From Candidatus Multivoradales bacterium (lineage in GTDB: Bacteria; Acidobacteriota; Thermoanaerobaculia; Multivoradales; JAHEKO01), in contig CBDCVR010000014.1 in the NCBI GenBank assembly GCA_965223155.1, positions 672,001 through 736,000 of the forward strand: a stretch of 64,000 bases of DNA, in the 5' to 3' direction. The position numbers and the translations under genes were made by a program. Below are positions 27,864-37,388 of this stretch, piece after piece; position 1 is the stretch's first letter, and every line of letters starts with the position of its first letter. Below the pieces are notes generated by a model that worked only from the letters and a program-made list of their open reading frames with translations, was not told the origin of the DNA and made no database searches.

Positions 27864-29900
27864 CTAGCCGGCCACGCCGAAGCGGTCGGTGAGTTCGGCG
27901 GAAAGGCGCGCGTGGCTCTCGTTGACCTCGGCCTGGGTAAGCGAACGATCCGGCGCCCCATAGCGAAACGCGATGGTGGTGCTGACCGCCCCTTCCGGAA
28001 CACCTTCACCCAGGTAGCGGTCCTTCAAGCCGAAGTCCACCAGCTCGGCCGGCCGGATCTCCTCGACTCTCTCGGCGATCCGGGCCCAGGGCACCTCGAC
28101 CGCGTGGGTCAGGGTCAGATCCACGTCGACTCCCGGAAACTTGGAGGGCGCCTCGACCTGATCGGGTTCGGTCCGGCGGAAAGCGTCTAGGGCGATCTCG
28201 GCGGCGAACAAGGCAACCGGGCTCTCGGGCTCATCGACTCGGCCTGCGTGCCCGACCCTTCGCCCTCCGACCAGAATCTCTGCCGCGGTCCCATCCAAGA
28301 AACCGTCGAGGTCAGCCGGCCGCAGCTCGACCGAGTGGGCCTGATGCTCGGCCCAGCCTTCGACCAGGCCCTTGAGATCGAAAAAATCAGCCGCGCCCTC
28401 GGACTCCCAGGGCCGGTCGGCTCCGCCCCCGATCAGGAGACCCGCCATCTCGATCTCGCCGCCGGCCCCGAAGACGTGGCCCATCTCGAACAGGCGCACG
28501 CTGTCAGCGCCCCGCCTCACGTTAAAAAGAGCGCCTTCCACCAACCCCGGCAGCAGGGATCTCTGGAGCACCGAATACTGCTCGGAAAGGGCATTGGCGA
28601 CCTCGAGCCCACGCCCCTCGGCCAGGGAGGCGAAGCGGAACGCCTGCTCGCGGCTTCCGAACGAGTAGGTAACCGTCTCGCACAGCCCGGCTGCCGCCAA
28701 GTACTCGCGAGCGCGCTGGCGCAGAGCGAAGAACCTGGGCGCGCCGGCATCGGGCCCGGTCGAAGCCGGAACTGTGGCGGCAATGCGGTCGAATCCGAAG
28801 TGCCGCAGCACCTCTTCGTAGAAATAGGCTGGGTACACCTCGCCCGAAGGGTCGGTTTCGAAATCGAATCGCCGCCAGGACGGAACCACCACCCGCCACC
28901 CCTCCGAGGAGCCGTCCTCGCGCTCCAGCTCGAAGCCAAGGCGCGCCAGGCGCGACTCGACGAACTCCGCCGGAATCTCGGCGCCCGAAAAAGCATTGAG
29001 TCCTTCGCGGCTGAAGCGGCCGGCGAGCGGCGTGGCCGCGAGCGGCCAGACGTCGATCGCTACCGGCTCGAGCTCGCCTCCGGCCAGATCGCGTATCAGA
29101 GTCGCCGCGCGCAGCGCCGCCTCGAGACAGAGTGCCTGATCCGCACCGCGCTCGAAGCGATGGCTGGCGTCGGTGTGCAACCCGAGCTTCTTGGCGCCCA
29201 AACGCACGCGCCGCGGATCGAAGTGGGCGCTCTCGATCAGCAGGTTCCGAGTCGAGTCCCCGACTTCGCTCTCCGCCCCTCCCATGATCCCGGCAAGCGC
29301 CACCGCGCCGTCGCCGTCGGCGATCACCAGGACGTCGGAATCCAACTCGCGCCGCTCACCGTCGAGCGTCACGAGAACCTCGCCGTCGCGCGCGCGCCGG
29401 ACCACCACCTGCCGATCGCGCAGGCGATCCGCGTCGAAGGCGTGAAGCGGCTGTCCATATTCCCAGAGCACGAAATTGGTCACGTCAACGACGTTATTGA
29501 TCGGCCGCACCCCGATCGCCTCGAGACGCTCGACGAGCCAATCCGGACTGGGGCCGATCCGCACTCCGTGCATGCTGACGCCGGTGTACCGGGGACACCC
29601 CTCGGTGTCTTCGATCCGGATCGAGCCCCAGCCGTTGGTTTCCGAGTGCACCGCGGCGGGCGGCTCGACCTCGGGCTCCCGCACCTCAGCCTCCAATGAC
29701 GCGGCGATCTCGCGCGCCAGCCCCAAATGGTTCATGCAGTCGGCGCGGTTCGAGGTGACGTCGAGGTCCAGGAGGACATCGCCGCCCCGAGCCTCCCTCC
29801 CCTCTACCGCCAATCCGACGCCGGTCAGGGTCGCGGCTAGATCGTCGTCGCTTGCGGGCAGCTCGACATATTGCGCCAGCCAATCTCGAGAGAACTTCAC
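27864..29900 (-). CDS. pheT: Phenylalanine--tRNA ligase beta subunit (short form lacking the B2 OB-fold)
   Basis: MKFSRDWL, DVTSNRADC, NNVVDVTN, GQPLHAFD and ASHRFERG; FDX-ACB C-terminus. Confidence 0.95.
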   Translation of the reverse strand: MKFSRDWLAQYVELPASDDDLAATLTGVGLAVEGREARGGDVLLDLDVTSNRADCMNHLGLAREIAASLEAEVREPEVEPPAAVHSETNGWGSIRIEDTEGCPRYTGVSMHGVRIGPSPDWLVERLEAIGVRPINNVVDVTNFVLWEYGQPLHAFDADRLRDRQVVVRRARDGEVLVTLDGERRELDSDVLVIADGDGAVALAGIMGGAESEVGDSTRNLLIESAHFDPRRVRLGAKKLGLHTDASHRFERGADQALCLEAALRAATLIRDLAGGELEPVAIDVWPLAATPLAGRFSREGLNAFSGAEIPAEFVESRLARLGFELEREDGSSEGWRVVVPSWRRFDFETDPSGEVYPAYFYEEVLRHFGFDRIAATVPASTGPDAGAPRFFALRQRAREYLAAAGLCETVTYSFGSREQAFRFASLAEGRGLEVANALSEQYSVLQRSLLPGLVEGALFNVRRGADSVRLFEMGHVFGAGGEIEMAGLLIGGGADRPWESEGAADFFDLKGLVEGWAEHQAHSVELRPADLDGFLDGTAAEILVGGRRVGHAGRVDEPESPVALFAAEIALDAFRRTEPDQVEAPSKFPGVDVDLTLTHAVEVPWARIAERVEEIRPAELVDFGLKDRYLGEGVPEGAVSTTIAFRYGAPDRSLTQAEVNESHARLSAELTDRFGVAG

Positions 29901-29901
29901 G

Positions 29902-30960
29902 TCAGCCCCTCACCTGGCGTAGCAAGCGCTCGTCGCTGTCGAACAACATCCGGATGTTGGGAACGCCGTAGCGAATCATGGCGACCCGGTCCACTCCCAG
30001 CCCGAATGCGAACCCGGTGTAGACGCTCGGGTCGATTCCGCACCGGTGCAGGGTTCGCGGATTCACCATTCCCGAGCCCAGGATCTCCATCCAACCGGTG
30101 TCCGAACAGACGCGGCACCCGGTCCCTGAGCAAAAGGGGCAAGTCATGTCCACCTCGGCCGAAGGCTCCGTGAACGGAAAGTAGCTGGGCCGGAAGCGGA
30201 TCCCGATCTCGGGCGAGAAGAGCTTCTTGAGGAAGGTCTCGAGCGTCCCCTTGAGGTCGCCGAAGGTGATGCCGCGATCAACAACCAGGCACTCGACCTG
30301 ATGAAACATGGGCGAATGCCGGAGGTCGTTGTCCTTGCGGTAGGTCCGCCCGGGACAGAGGATGCGGATCGGCGGCTGGCGCTCGAGCATCGTCCGGATC
30401 TGGACCGGAGAGGTGTGCGTCCGCAGCAGCCGTCCGTCGGTCAGGAAGAACGTGTCCTGCTCGTCCCGAGCCGGATGGTCCGCGGGGAAGTTGAGGGCTT
30501 CGAAGTTGTGGAAGTCGTCCTCCACGTCCGGGCCCTCGGCAATGCTGAACCCGAGACTTCGGAAGATCTCGGTGATCTCGTCGATCACCAGGTTGACCGG
30601 ATGAATCGTTCCCAGCCGGGGCCGGCGACCGGGCAGCGTGACGTCCACCGCCGCCGAAACCTTGGCGGCGTCGACCTCGGCCGCGGCCAGGCGGCCGTCG
30701 AGCTCTTCGAGCGTCTCTTCGACCCGGACCTTGAGGCGGTTGACGCCCTGACCGAAGTCCCGGCGCTCGTCGGGGGGGAGCTGTCCCACCCGCGCCAAGA
30801 GCTCGCGCACGACTCCTCGCTTGCGTCCGATCCAGCGGACCCGAAGTGCTTCCCAGCCCTTCCGGTCAGCCACCGCGGCCGCTTCGGCGTCGAAAGCGGC
30901 AAGCTGAGCTTCGAGATCCAGTTCGATCGGCTCGATCGGCCCGATCGGCTCGTTGGTCAC
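29902..30960 (-). CDS. pheS: Phenylalanine--tRNA ligase alpha subunit
   Basis: HPARDEQDTF, LRTHTSPVQIR, FRPSYFPFTEPS and GFAFGLG. Confidence 0.97.
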   Translation of the reverse strand: MTNEPIGPIEPIELDLEAQLAAFDAEAAAVADRKGWEALRVRWIGRKRGVVRELLARVGQLPPDERRDFGQGVNRLKVRVEETLEELDGRLAAAEVDAAKVSAAVDVTLPGRRPRLGTIHPVNLVIDEITEIFRSLGFSIAEGPDVEDDFHNFEALNFPADHPARDEQDTFFLTDGRLLRTHTSPVQIRTMLERQPPIRILCPGRTYRKDNDLRHSPMFHQVECLVVDRGITFGDLKGTLETFLKKLFSPEIGIRFRPSYFPFTEPSAEVDMTCPFCSGTGCRVCSDTGWMEILGSGMVNPRTLHRCGIDPSVYTGFAFGLGVDRVAMIRYGVPNIRMLFDSDERLLRQVRG

Positions 30961-31040
30961 CGGAATGTACCTCCCGGCCCGGCAGCCCTAGCTAGCGATC
31001 GAGACGGCCAAGCGACCCCCTCGACGCCCGCGATCGGCTG

Positions 31041-31457
31041 CTAGGCGTCGGCGGTTTCAGCCTCCTGCGCCGCACCGGCCTCGCTGGCGGGTACGCCGTC
31101 GTCCTCGAGAGCCTGCTTCGCAACATCGGCCAGCTCGCCGAAGGCGGCCGGCTCGCGTACGGCCAGGTCCGCGAGCATCTTGCGGTTGATCTCGACTCCG
31201 GCCCGGCTCAGACCATTGATGAAGCGGCTGTAGGACAGCCCGTGGCTCCGGGCCGCGGCGTTGATGCGCAGGATCCAGAGACTCCGGAACGTGCGCTTTT
31301 TCTGGCGCCGATCCCGATACGCGAACGAGCGCGAACGATCGACCGCCTCCTTGGCGACGCGATAGGCCCTGGACTTGGCACCGTAGTACCCCTTGGCCGC
31401 CTTGAGCACCTTCTTGCGGCGCTGGGCCTTCCTGTTTCCTCGTCTGACTCTAGGCAT
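31041..31457 (-). CDS. rplT: 50S ribosomal protein L20
   Basis: MPRVRRG...AKGYYG...[25 protein letters not shown]. Confidence 0.97.
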   Translation of the reverse strand: MPRVRRGNRKAQRRKKVLKAAKGYYGAKSRAYRVAKEAVDRSRSFAYRDRRQKKRTFRSLWILRINAAARSHGLSYSRFINGLSRAGVEINRKMLADLAVREPAAFGELADVAKQALEDDGVPASEAGAAQEAETADA

Positions 31458-31604
31458 GGGAACCTCGTTTCTGAGAATCGCCGCCAGCAGATCGGCCGCG
31501 GCGGGCGGTCGCGTCGGATCGGAACCGGCGCCCAAGCGCCGAAGACGTGCCGACGGGGTCAGCCGGACAGGTTCGTTCCGGACGGACCTCGCTCTTGGAC
31601 CGCT

Positions 31605-31799
31605 CTAGTTGTGAAGCATCTCCCGGACGGTCTTGGCCAACTTGCCGACCGCGGTGGTGGGCTGACGCAGCTTGCGCTTCCGCTTGCTGGTCTTCTTGGT
31701 GAGAATGTGCGAGTGCATCGAGTGACCGCGCATCACCTTGCCGCCACCGCTGATCTTGAAGCGCTTCTGAGCGCCCTTATGGGTTTTCTGTTTCGGCAT
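31605..31799 (-). CDS. rpmI: 50S ribosomal protein L35
   Basis: [22 protein letters not shown]...HILTKK; lies at the 3' end of ORF-track entry 31605..32552. Confidence 0.95.
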   Translation of the reverse strand: MPKQKTHKGAQKRFKISGGGKVMRGHSMHSHILTKKTSKRKRKLRQPTTAVGKLAKTVREMLHN

Positions 31800-31967
31800 T
31801 TTCGACTTCCTTTGACGGATTCCCACGGCAGGGAATCCCTGGAGTTTCGAAGCTACGGCCGCGAGCCCAGTCAAGCCTTGGGCCCGCGGCCGGGCTGCGG
31901 ATTGTAGCACGGCCGGGCCTCGAGTACAGTCTCGACCACGAACGTTCATCACCGATCGGAGAGAGCC

Positions 31968-32750
31968 ATGATGAAGCCCCCGTCCTCGAGACTCGCCCAC
32001 GTCCGCCGGATGTGGATCGCCGCCGCGGTCTTTGCGCTCCTGCCGAGCTTTGCTTCGGGCGAACCCGACGCTGCCACACCCAGCCCCGGGCAGCTGGTCG
32101 CCTCGAGCGTTGCCCACCACGACCCTCAAGGCCGGTGGCCGGGGGGCGTCTTCGATCTGGTCCTGGCGTTCGAGCCACCGCCAGGTGGCGACACCGAGCC
32201 GGCCGGCCAAGAGGTCCGAATCGACAACGCTCGCGGGCGCTACGAGATTCTGAGAACGTCGCATGGGGAACCGGTCCGCGCGGCGCTCGAGGCCGACGGC
32301 TCTTGCAGCTTCGAGGTCGCCGAAGCGGCGACCAACGACCCGGACGTTCTGTCTCGCCATGGCCTCACCTGCAAGAAGCTGCTGCGGCGACGCAACTACC
32401 ACCGCTACCTCTGGGGCCAGCCCATGAACCTCGCCGCTCCAGGCGAGATCGAGGGCGCGACCGTCGCCGCCGGGACCTTCCAGGGGCACGACGTCTGGAC
32501 CCTGCGGCTCCAGTACGAGCCGCCCGCGGGCACGGACCTCTGGTACTTCCACTTCGCGCGCTCGTCACGAGCCCTCGTCGGGTACGAGTTCTTCAAAGAC
32601 GAGGCCGAGCGCAAGGGTGAGTACATCGTGTTCGAAGACGAGATCGAAGGAGCTGGCCTTCGCCTGCCGCAACGCCGCACCTGGTACCAGTCCTGGGACG
32701 ACGGGCTCCTGGGAACCGACGTCCTGGTTTCGATCGAGGCCGGCGACTAG
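31968..32750 (+). CDS. Secreted hypothetical protein (DUF6503-like)
   Basis: Signal peptide; [30 protein letters not shown] and GEYI...LPQRRTWY. Confidence 0.7.
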   Translation: MMKPPSSRLAHVRRMWIAAAVFALLPSFASGEPDAATPSPGQLVASSVAHHDPQGRWPGGVFDLVLAFEPPPGGDTEPAGQEVRIDNARGRYEILRTSHGEPVRAALEADGSCSFEVAEAATNDPDVLSRHGLTCKKLLRRRNYHRYLWGQPMNLAAPGEIEGATVAAGTFQGHDVWTLRLQYEPPAGTDLWYFHFARSSRALVGYEFFKDEAERKGEYIVFEDEIEGAGLRLPQRRTWYQSWDDGLLGTDVLVSIEAGD

Positions 32751-32804
32751 GGACCTGACCTCTCGGCTGTGTTCGTCAGGGCAAGGCCCCGGCGGGCAGG
32801 GACG

Positions 32805-34733
32805 CTAGAGATCGCGGCTGCGGCTGGCGGCCAGCTCGAGGATCCTCTGACCGATGTCGGCCGGCGACTGCGCTCCCAGATCTTCGCCCGTGCGCAACCG
32901 GACGGCGGCGGTACCCGACTCGAGCTCGCGCTCGCCCACGACCAGCATGTAGGGGATCTTCTGGAGCTGCGCCTCGCGAATCTTGTAGCCCAGCTTCTCG
33001 GAGCGCTCGTCCAGCTCGACCCGAACGCCGGTGCTCTCGAGTTCGGCTGCGACCCGGCGTCCATAGTCGGCGAAGCGCTCGGAGACCGGCAGAACGACCG
33101 CCTGGACCGGCGCCAGCCAGACCGGAAAGGCGCCGCCGGTGTGCTCGATCAGGATTCCGATCAGGCGCTCGACCGATCCCAGCATGGCGCGGTGGATCAT
33201 CACCGGCCGATGCTCGGCGCCATCGGCGCCGACATAGGCAAGCTCGAAGCGCTCGGGTAGCTGGTAGTCGAGCTGAACCGTGCCCAGCTGCCAGCTCCGG
33301 CCCAGCGCGTCCTGAACCTGGAAGTCCACCTTGGGGCCGTAGAACGCACCGTCGCCCTCGTTGACTTCGTACTCGATGCCGGCGCTGTCGAGAGCCGCGG
33401 CCAGCGCCTTCTCGGCGGCGTCCCAGACCTCGTCCGAGCCCAGACGCTTCTCCGGACGGGTCGAAAGCTCGATCAGCATGTCGGCAAAGCCGAAGGTGTC
33501 GTAGATGCCGCGGATGATCGAGACGGCTCGCAGGACCTCGTCCTCGACCTGCTCGGAGGTGCAAAAAACGTGGGCGTCGTCCTGGGCAAAGGAGCGGACC
33601 CGGGTGAGCCCCGTGGTCACGCCGCTTCGCTCATAGCGATGAAGACGCCCGAAGTCTGCGTAACGGATGGGCAGGTCCCGGTACGAGCGCAGGCCCGTGG
33701 CGTAGATCAAGCAGTGGGTCGGACAGTTCATCGGCTTGACCGCGAACTGCCGTTCGTCGACCTCGGCAAAGAACATGTTGTCCCGGTAGTTGTCGTAGTG
33801 CCCCGAGGTATGCCAGAGATCGACGTCCAGAATCTGAGGCGTGACCACCTCGGAGTAGCCGTTGGCCGCATTCTGTTCGCGCACGTAGTCGATCAGGGCC
33901 GTGTAGAGCCAGGCGCCCTTGGGATGGAAGAAGGGGCTCGCCGGCGCGTAGTCGCTGAAGCTGAAGAGATCCAGCTCGCCGCCCAGTCGGCGATGATCCC
34001 GCTGCCGGGCCAGCTCCAGCCGTTCCAGATACTCGCCCAGCTCTTCCTTGCGACCGAAAGCGGTGCCGTAGATGCGCTGGAGCATCTCGTTCGACTCATC
34101 GCCCTTCCAGTAGACCCCGGAGGTCTCGAGCAGCTTGATCGCCTTGATCTGACCGGCATGCTGGGCATGCGGTCCCCGGCACAGATCGACGAATCGGCCG
34201 TGCCGGTAGAGAGTGATGGTCTCGCCCTCGGGGATGTCCTCGAGCCGCTCGACCTTGAGCCGCTCGCCCATCTCGGAAAAGAGCTTCCGAGCCTCGTCGC
34301 GCGAGATCTCGATCCGCTCGAAGGCGCTCTTCTCCCGCACGATCTCGCTCATCTTGGCTTCGATGCGCTCGAGGTCCTCGGCCGTGAAGGCTCGCGGAAA
34401 ACGAAAGTCGTACTGGTACTTCTCGGAATGATCCTGGCGGCCCGCGTCGATCTCGACCTCGGGCCACAGCCGTTTGACCGCGTCGGCCAGCACGTGCTCG
34501 GCGCTATGACGCAAGAACTCCCCGGCCTCGGGATCGCGGGCGGTAATGAGCCGGAGGCGAGCGTCCGCCAGCAGCGGCTCGCGCAGGTCGGTCGGACGGC
34601 CGTCCACCTCGGCTCCCACGGCGGCCTTGGCCAAGCCGGGACCGATCGACTGGGCGACATCCATGGGAGTCGCGCCGCGCTCGATCTCGCGCACCGATCC
34701 ATCGGGCAGGGACAGCGAAATGGTCTCGGACAT
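32805..34733 (-). CDS. thrS: Threonine--tRNA ligase
   Basis: TGS domain (LPDGS), RHSAEHVLA, DLCRGPH, RDHRRLG, KPMNCP, GAFYGPK and MIHRAMLGS.ER. Confidence 0.97.
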   Translation of the reverse strand: MSETISLSLPDGSVREIERGATPMDVAQSIGPGLAKAAVGAEVDGRPTDLREPLLADARLRLITARDPEAGEFLRHSAEHVLADAVKRLWPEVEIDAGRQDHSEKYQYDFRFPRAFTAEDLERIEAKMSEIVREKSAFERIEISRDEARKLFSEMGERLKVERLEDIPEGETITLYRHGRFVDLCRGPHAQHAGQIKAIKLLETSGVYWKGDESNEMLQRIYGTAFGRKEELGEYLERLELARQRDHRRLGGELDLFSFSDYAPASPFFHPKGAWLYTALIDYVREQNAANGYSEVVTPQILDVDLWHTSGHYDNYRDNMFFAEVDERQFAVKPMNCPTHCLIYATGLRSYRDLPIRYADFGRLHRYERSGVTTGLTRVRSFAQDDAHVFCTSEQVEDEVLRAVSIIRGIYDTFGFADMLIELSTRPEKRLGSDEVWDAAEKALAAALDSAGIEYEVNEGDGAFYGPKVDFQVQDALGRSWQLGTVQLDYQLPERFELAYVGADGAEHRPVMIHRAMLGSVERLIGILIEHTGGAFPVWLAPVQAVVLPVSERFADYGRRVAAELESTGVRVELDERSEKLGYKIREAQLQKIPYMLVVGERELESGTAAVRLRTGEDLGAQSPADIGQRILELAASRSRDL

Positions 34734-34755
34734 GACGACGGGCACCGAGGGGTCT

Positions 34756-34832
34756 TGGTAGGCGCTAGCGGACTCGAACCGCTGACCTCTACCGTGTGAA
34801 GGTAGCGCTCTAACCAGCTGAGCTAAGCGCCT
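34756..34832 (-). tRNA. tRNA-Val (CAC)
   Basis: Reverse complement AGGCGCTTAGCTCAGCTGGTTAGAGCGCTACCTT-CAC-ACGGTAGAGGTCAGCGGTTCGAGTCCGCTAGCGCCTACCA folds as a cloverleaf with encoded CCA. Confidence 0.97.
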
Positions 34833-34894
34833 CCGGGTATCGTCGGCATCGGCGCCCGGACGAAGCCGCAGCCGCGAAACTCTGGCGAAAACTC

Positions 34895-34971
34895 TGGTAG
34901 GCCCGAGCGGACTCGAACCGCTGACCTCTACGATGTCAACGTAGCGCTCTAACCAGCTGAGCTACGGGCCT
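34895..34971 (-). tRNA. tRNA-Val (GAC)
   Basis: Reverse complement AGGCCCGTAGCTCAGCTGGTTAGAGCGCTACGTT-GAC-ATCGTAGAGGTCAGCGGTTCGAGTCCGCTCGGGCCTACCA. Confidence 0.97.
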
Positions 34972-35059
34972 TTACCTGTCAAACCCGCCGGCCGGCCGAA
35001 GGCCTGTGCCGGCGAGGTCGTAGAACTTAGCAAGCGCTCTCGCAGAGTGTCAACGCGCG

Positions 35060-37303
35060 CTATCCGACGGTCGCGAGCCAGTTCCGGGCCTTCTCGAGAT
35101 CGGGTCCGTACTTGGCCGGCGGCGCGCCGGCCAGGAAGCGGCTGAGCGCCGCGCGCGCCACGTCGTCCCGGCCGAGCTCCCGGGCGACAAGCCCGAGATT
35201 GAAGAGCGCGTCGAAATTGCGCGGCTCGACCTCGACCGTTCGCTGCCACGCCAGCAGGGCTCCGGGCTTGTCTCCCTGGCTGTAGAGCGCGCTGCCCAGA
35301 TAGTTCCAGGCTTGATCCCGGCGTGGTCCCAGGGCCACGGACTGCCGTGCGTGGTTCTCGGCCTCGCTCCAGGCGCCGGTCCGGAGCGCCACCAGGGCCA
35401 GGGTCTCGTGAGCCGCGGCGTTGCGCGGATCCCGGGCGAAAACCTTGCGCAGCACGGCCGCGGCGGAGCGTTGGTCCCCGGCCTCGGACATGACCACGCC
35501 CAAGGCGTTCAGGGCGTCGGGATCACCAGTCACCGCCATCGGATCCAGCGCGTTGATCGCCTCCTGATAGCGCCCGGCCGCCGACAGGGAAAGCGCGAGC
35601 TGGCGCAGCAGAGCGGGCGTCGTGGCGCCGCGCTCGTGGGCCGAGGTCAAGACCGCCAAGGCCTCGCTAGAGCGCCCGCTCTCGAGCAGCATCTGGGCCA
35701 GGTAGTAGTACGGAGCCGCCATGTCCGGCCGCTCGCGGATGACCTCCTGGAGGGTGGCCGCCGCCCGCTCGAAGCGGCGTTGCCCAAAGTCCTCGAGAGC
35801 CTTGTGGATCTTGCCGTCGAGATGGATCAGGCGCTTGGGATCGTCTTCGACGCCATAGCTGGCCTTGGCCGGACTGGAGCCGCCGAGATACCCCAGCGCC
35901 TGGAGCGAGCGCTCGACCTCGGCCGAGACCTGGCCCCGGCTGGGGGGCCAGACGGACTCCGCGGGCAGAGTCCGAGCCAGCAGCCGCGCCTCGTCCCGCC
36001 GCTCATCGAAGAGATTCTGGGTCTCGCCCGGATCCGCCTCAAGATCGTAGAGCTCGGGCTCGGGCAGAGAGATGAGCTTGAGACCGCCGGCAACGACACC
36101 GCGAAGCGGAGCCCAGCCATGGTCGAGGCTGGCGGTCAGGGCTTCGAAGTAGCCCGAGCGCTCGCCGGTTCCGGCCTGGGTCGGGGGCGGCCCCCGCCAC
36201 AGCGAGCGTCCGGCAAGACCAGACGGCGACGCCACGGCCACGGCCTCGAGCACCGTCGGTAACAGATCGATGTGCCAGACCGGATCGGTTCGCCGCTGCG
36301 GCTTCAGGCCCGGCGTCCACAGCACGAGGGGCACCTTGAGGGTGGCCTCGTAGGCGAAGACGCCATGGGTCTCTTCGCCGTGATCTCCGAGTGCCTCACC
36401 GTGGTCCGAGGTCACGACCACCAAGGCCGGCGCGGCTTCCGCGCCTGCCCGTACGGCCTCGAACAGTGGCGCCAGAAACGAGTCCGTGGCGGCCACCTCT
36501 CCCAGGTACGGCTCCCGAGAATAGTGGGAGGCGAAGGTTCCCGGCGGGGCGTACGGCGCATGCGGATCGAAGAGATGCAGCCAGAGAAACCGGGGCCGTC
36601 CCGCCTGCAGGCGCCACCACGTCAGGCCGAGCTCGACCACGGCGTCGCCCCGGCGCTCGTCCGCCACGTCGCCGGTCGAGCTGCTGTCGCCAACGTCGTC
36701 GTCGTAAACGTCAAAGCCGGCACCGAGTCCAAAGCGCCCATCCAGCGGAAAGGCGCCAATGAAGGCGCCGGTGGCGAAACCGGCACCCCGGAGCAGACTC
36801 GCCAGCGTGGGCGTCGAGGCCGGCAGCACGAAGCCCCGGTTGTCGCGCACTCCGTGCTCGAACGGCAGCCGGCCGGTCAGAATGTTGGCATGGGACGGCA
36901 GAGTCACCACGTTGTGGGCGTGCGCGTTGTCAAACACCCACCCTTCGGCGGCCAGCCGGTCGAGTGCCGGAGTGTCCACGCGGTCGTTGCCAGCGAAGCC
37001 CAACGCATCGGCGCGCAAGGTATCGATCGTGACTAGGACGACGTCCCGGATGCCCACCGGCGCGTCCGAGGGTGCCGCATCGGCGCGATCGGCCGGATCG
37101 TCCGAATCGGCCGGACGGGCTACGGCCCCCGGCTCACTACCCGCGGGCGCCGCCGCAGCCGACTCCGCCGGCACGGAGCCTGCTTCCGGTTCCGCCGTGG
37201 AGCACGACCCGACGGCGATCCCCCCAACTGCCCCGGTCACGACGAGCCCGAGGACCCCGATGAGCGCACGCAGCCGATGCCGCCAACCTCGCATGCCACG
37301 CAT
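35060..37303 (-). CDS. Sulfatase-like hydrolase/transferase with C-terminal TPRs (lipoprotein)
   Basis: VTIDTLRAD, TLPSHANILTG, HLFDPH, TSDHGE and ELYDLEADPGE; TPR tail. Confidence 0.85.
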   Translation of the reverse strand: MRGMRGWRHRLRALIGVLGLVVTGAVGGIAVGSCSTAEPEAGSVPAESAAAAPAGSEPGAVARPADSDDPADRADAAPSDAPVGIRDVVLVTIDTLRADALGFAGNDRVDTPALDRLAAEGWVFDNAHAHNVVTLPSHANILTGRLPFEHGVRDNRGFVLPASTPTLASLLRGAGFATGAFIGAFPLDGRFGLGAGFDVYDDDVGDSSSTGDVADERRGDAVVELGLTWWRLQAGRPRFLWLHLFDPHAPYAPPGTFASHYSREPYLGEVAATDSFLAPLFEAVRAGAEAAPALVVVTSDHGEALGDHGEETHGVFAYEATLKVPLVLWTPGLKPQRRTDPVWHIDLLPTVLEAVAVASPSGLAGRSLWRGPPPTQAGTGERSGYFEALTASLDHGWAPLRGVVAGGLKLISLPEPELYDLEADPGETQNLFDERRDEARLLARTLPAESVWPPSRGQVSAEVERSLQALGYLGGSSPAKASYGVEDDPKRLIHLDGKIHKALEDFGQRRFERAAATLQEVIRERPDMAAPYYYLAQMLLESGRSSEALAVLTSAHERGATTPALLRQLALSLSAAGRYQEAINALDPMAVTGDPDALNALGVVMSEAGDQRSAAAVLRKVFARDPRNAAAHETLALVALRTGAWSEAENHARQSVALGPRRDQAWNYLGSALYSQGDKPGALLAWQRTVEVEPRNFDALFNLGLVARELGRDDVARAALSRFLAGAPPAKYGPDLEKARNWLATVG

Positions 37304-37388
37304 CTTAGCGAAGCAGGATGCTCGCCGAATCGGGGCACGGCGGCGGCCATGGACCCTCGGCGCCGGCTCCGGCTACGCTTGGCCCGCC

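Noticed and set aside
31800-32552. 315-aa ORF fused to L35
   Set aside because: The upstream part is antisense to the DUF6503-like gene and shows no IF3 similarity; L35 starts at 31799.
34756-34971. tRNA-anchored genomic island or prophage
   Set aside because: No integrase, phage genes or distant duplicated tRNA 3' end (att site) were seen in the window.
36759-37388. Extended N-terminus of the 835-aa CRTAC1 ORF
   Set aside because: Overlaps the opposite-strand sulfatase-like gene; the signal peptide follows ATG 37389.
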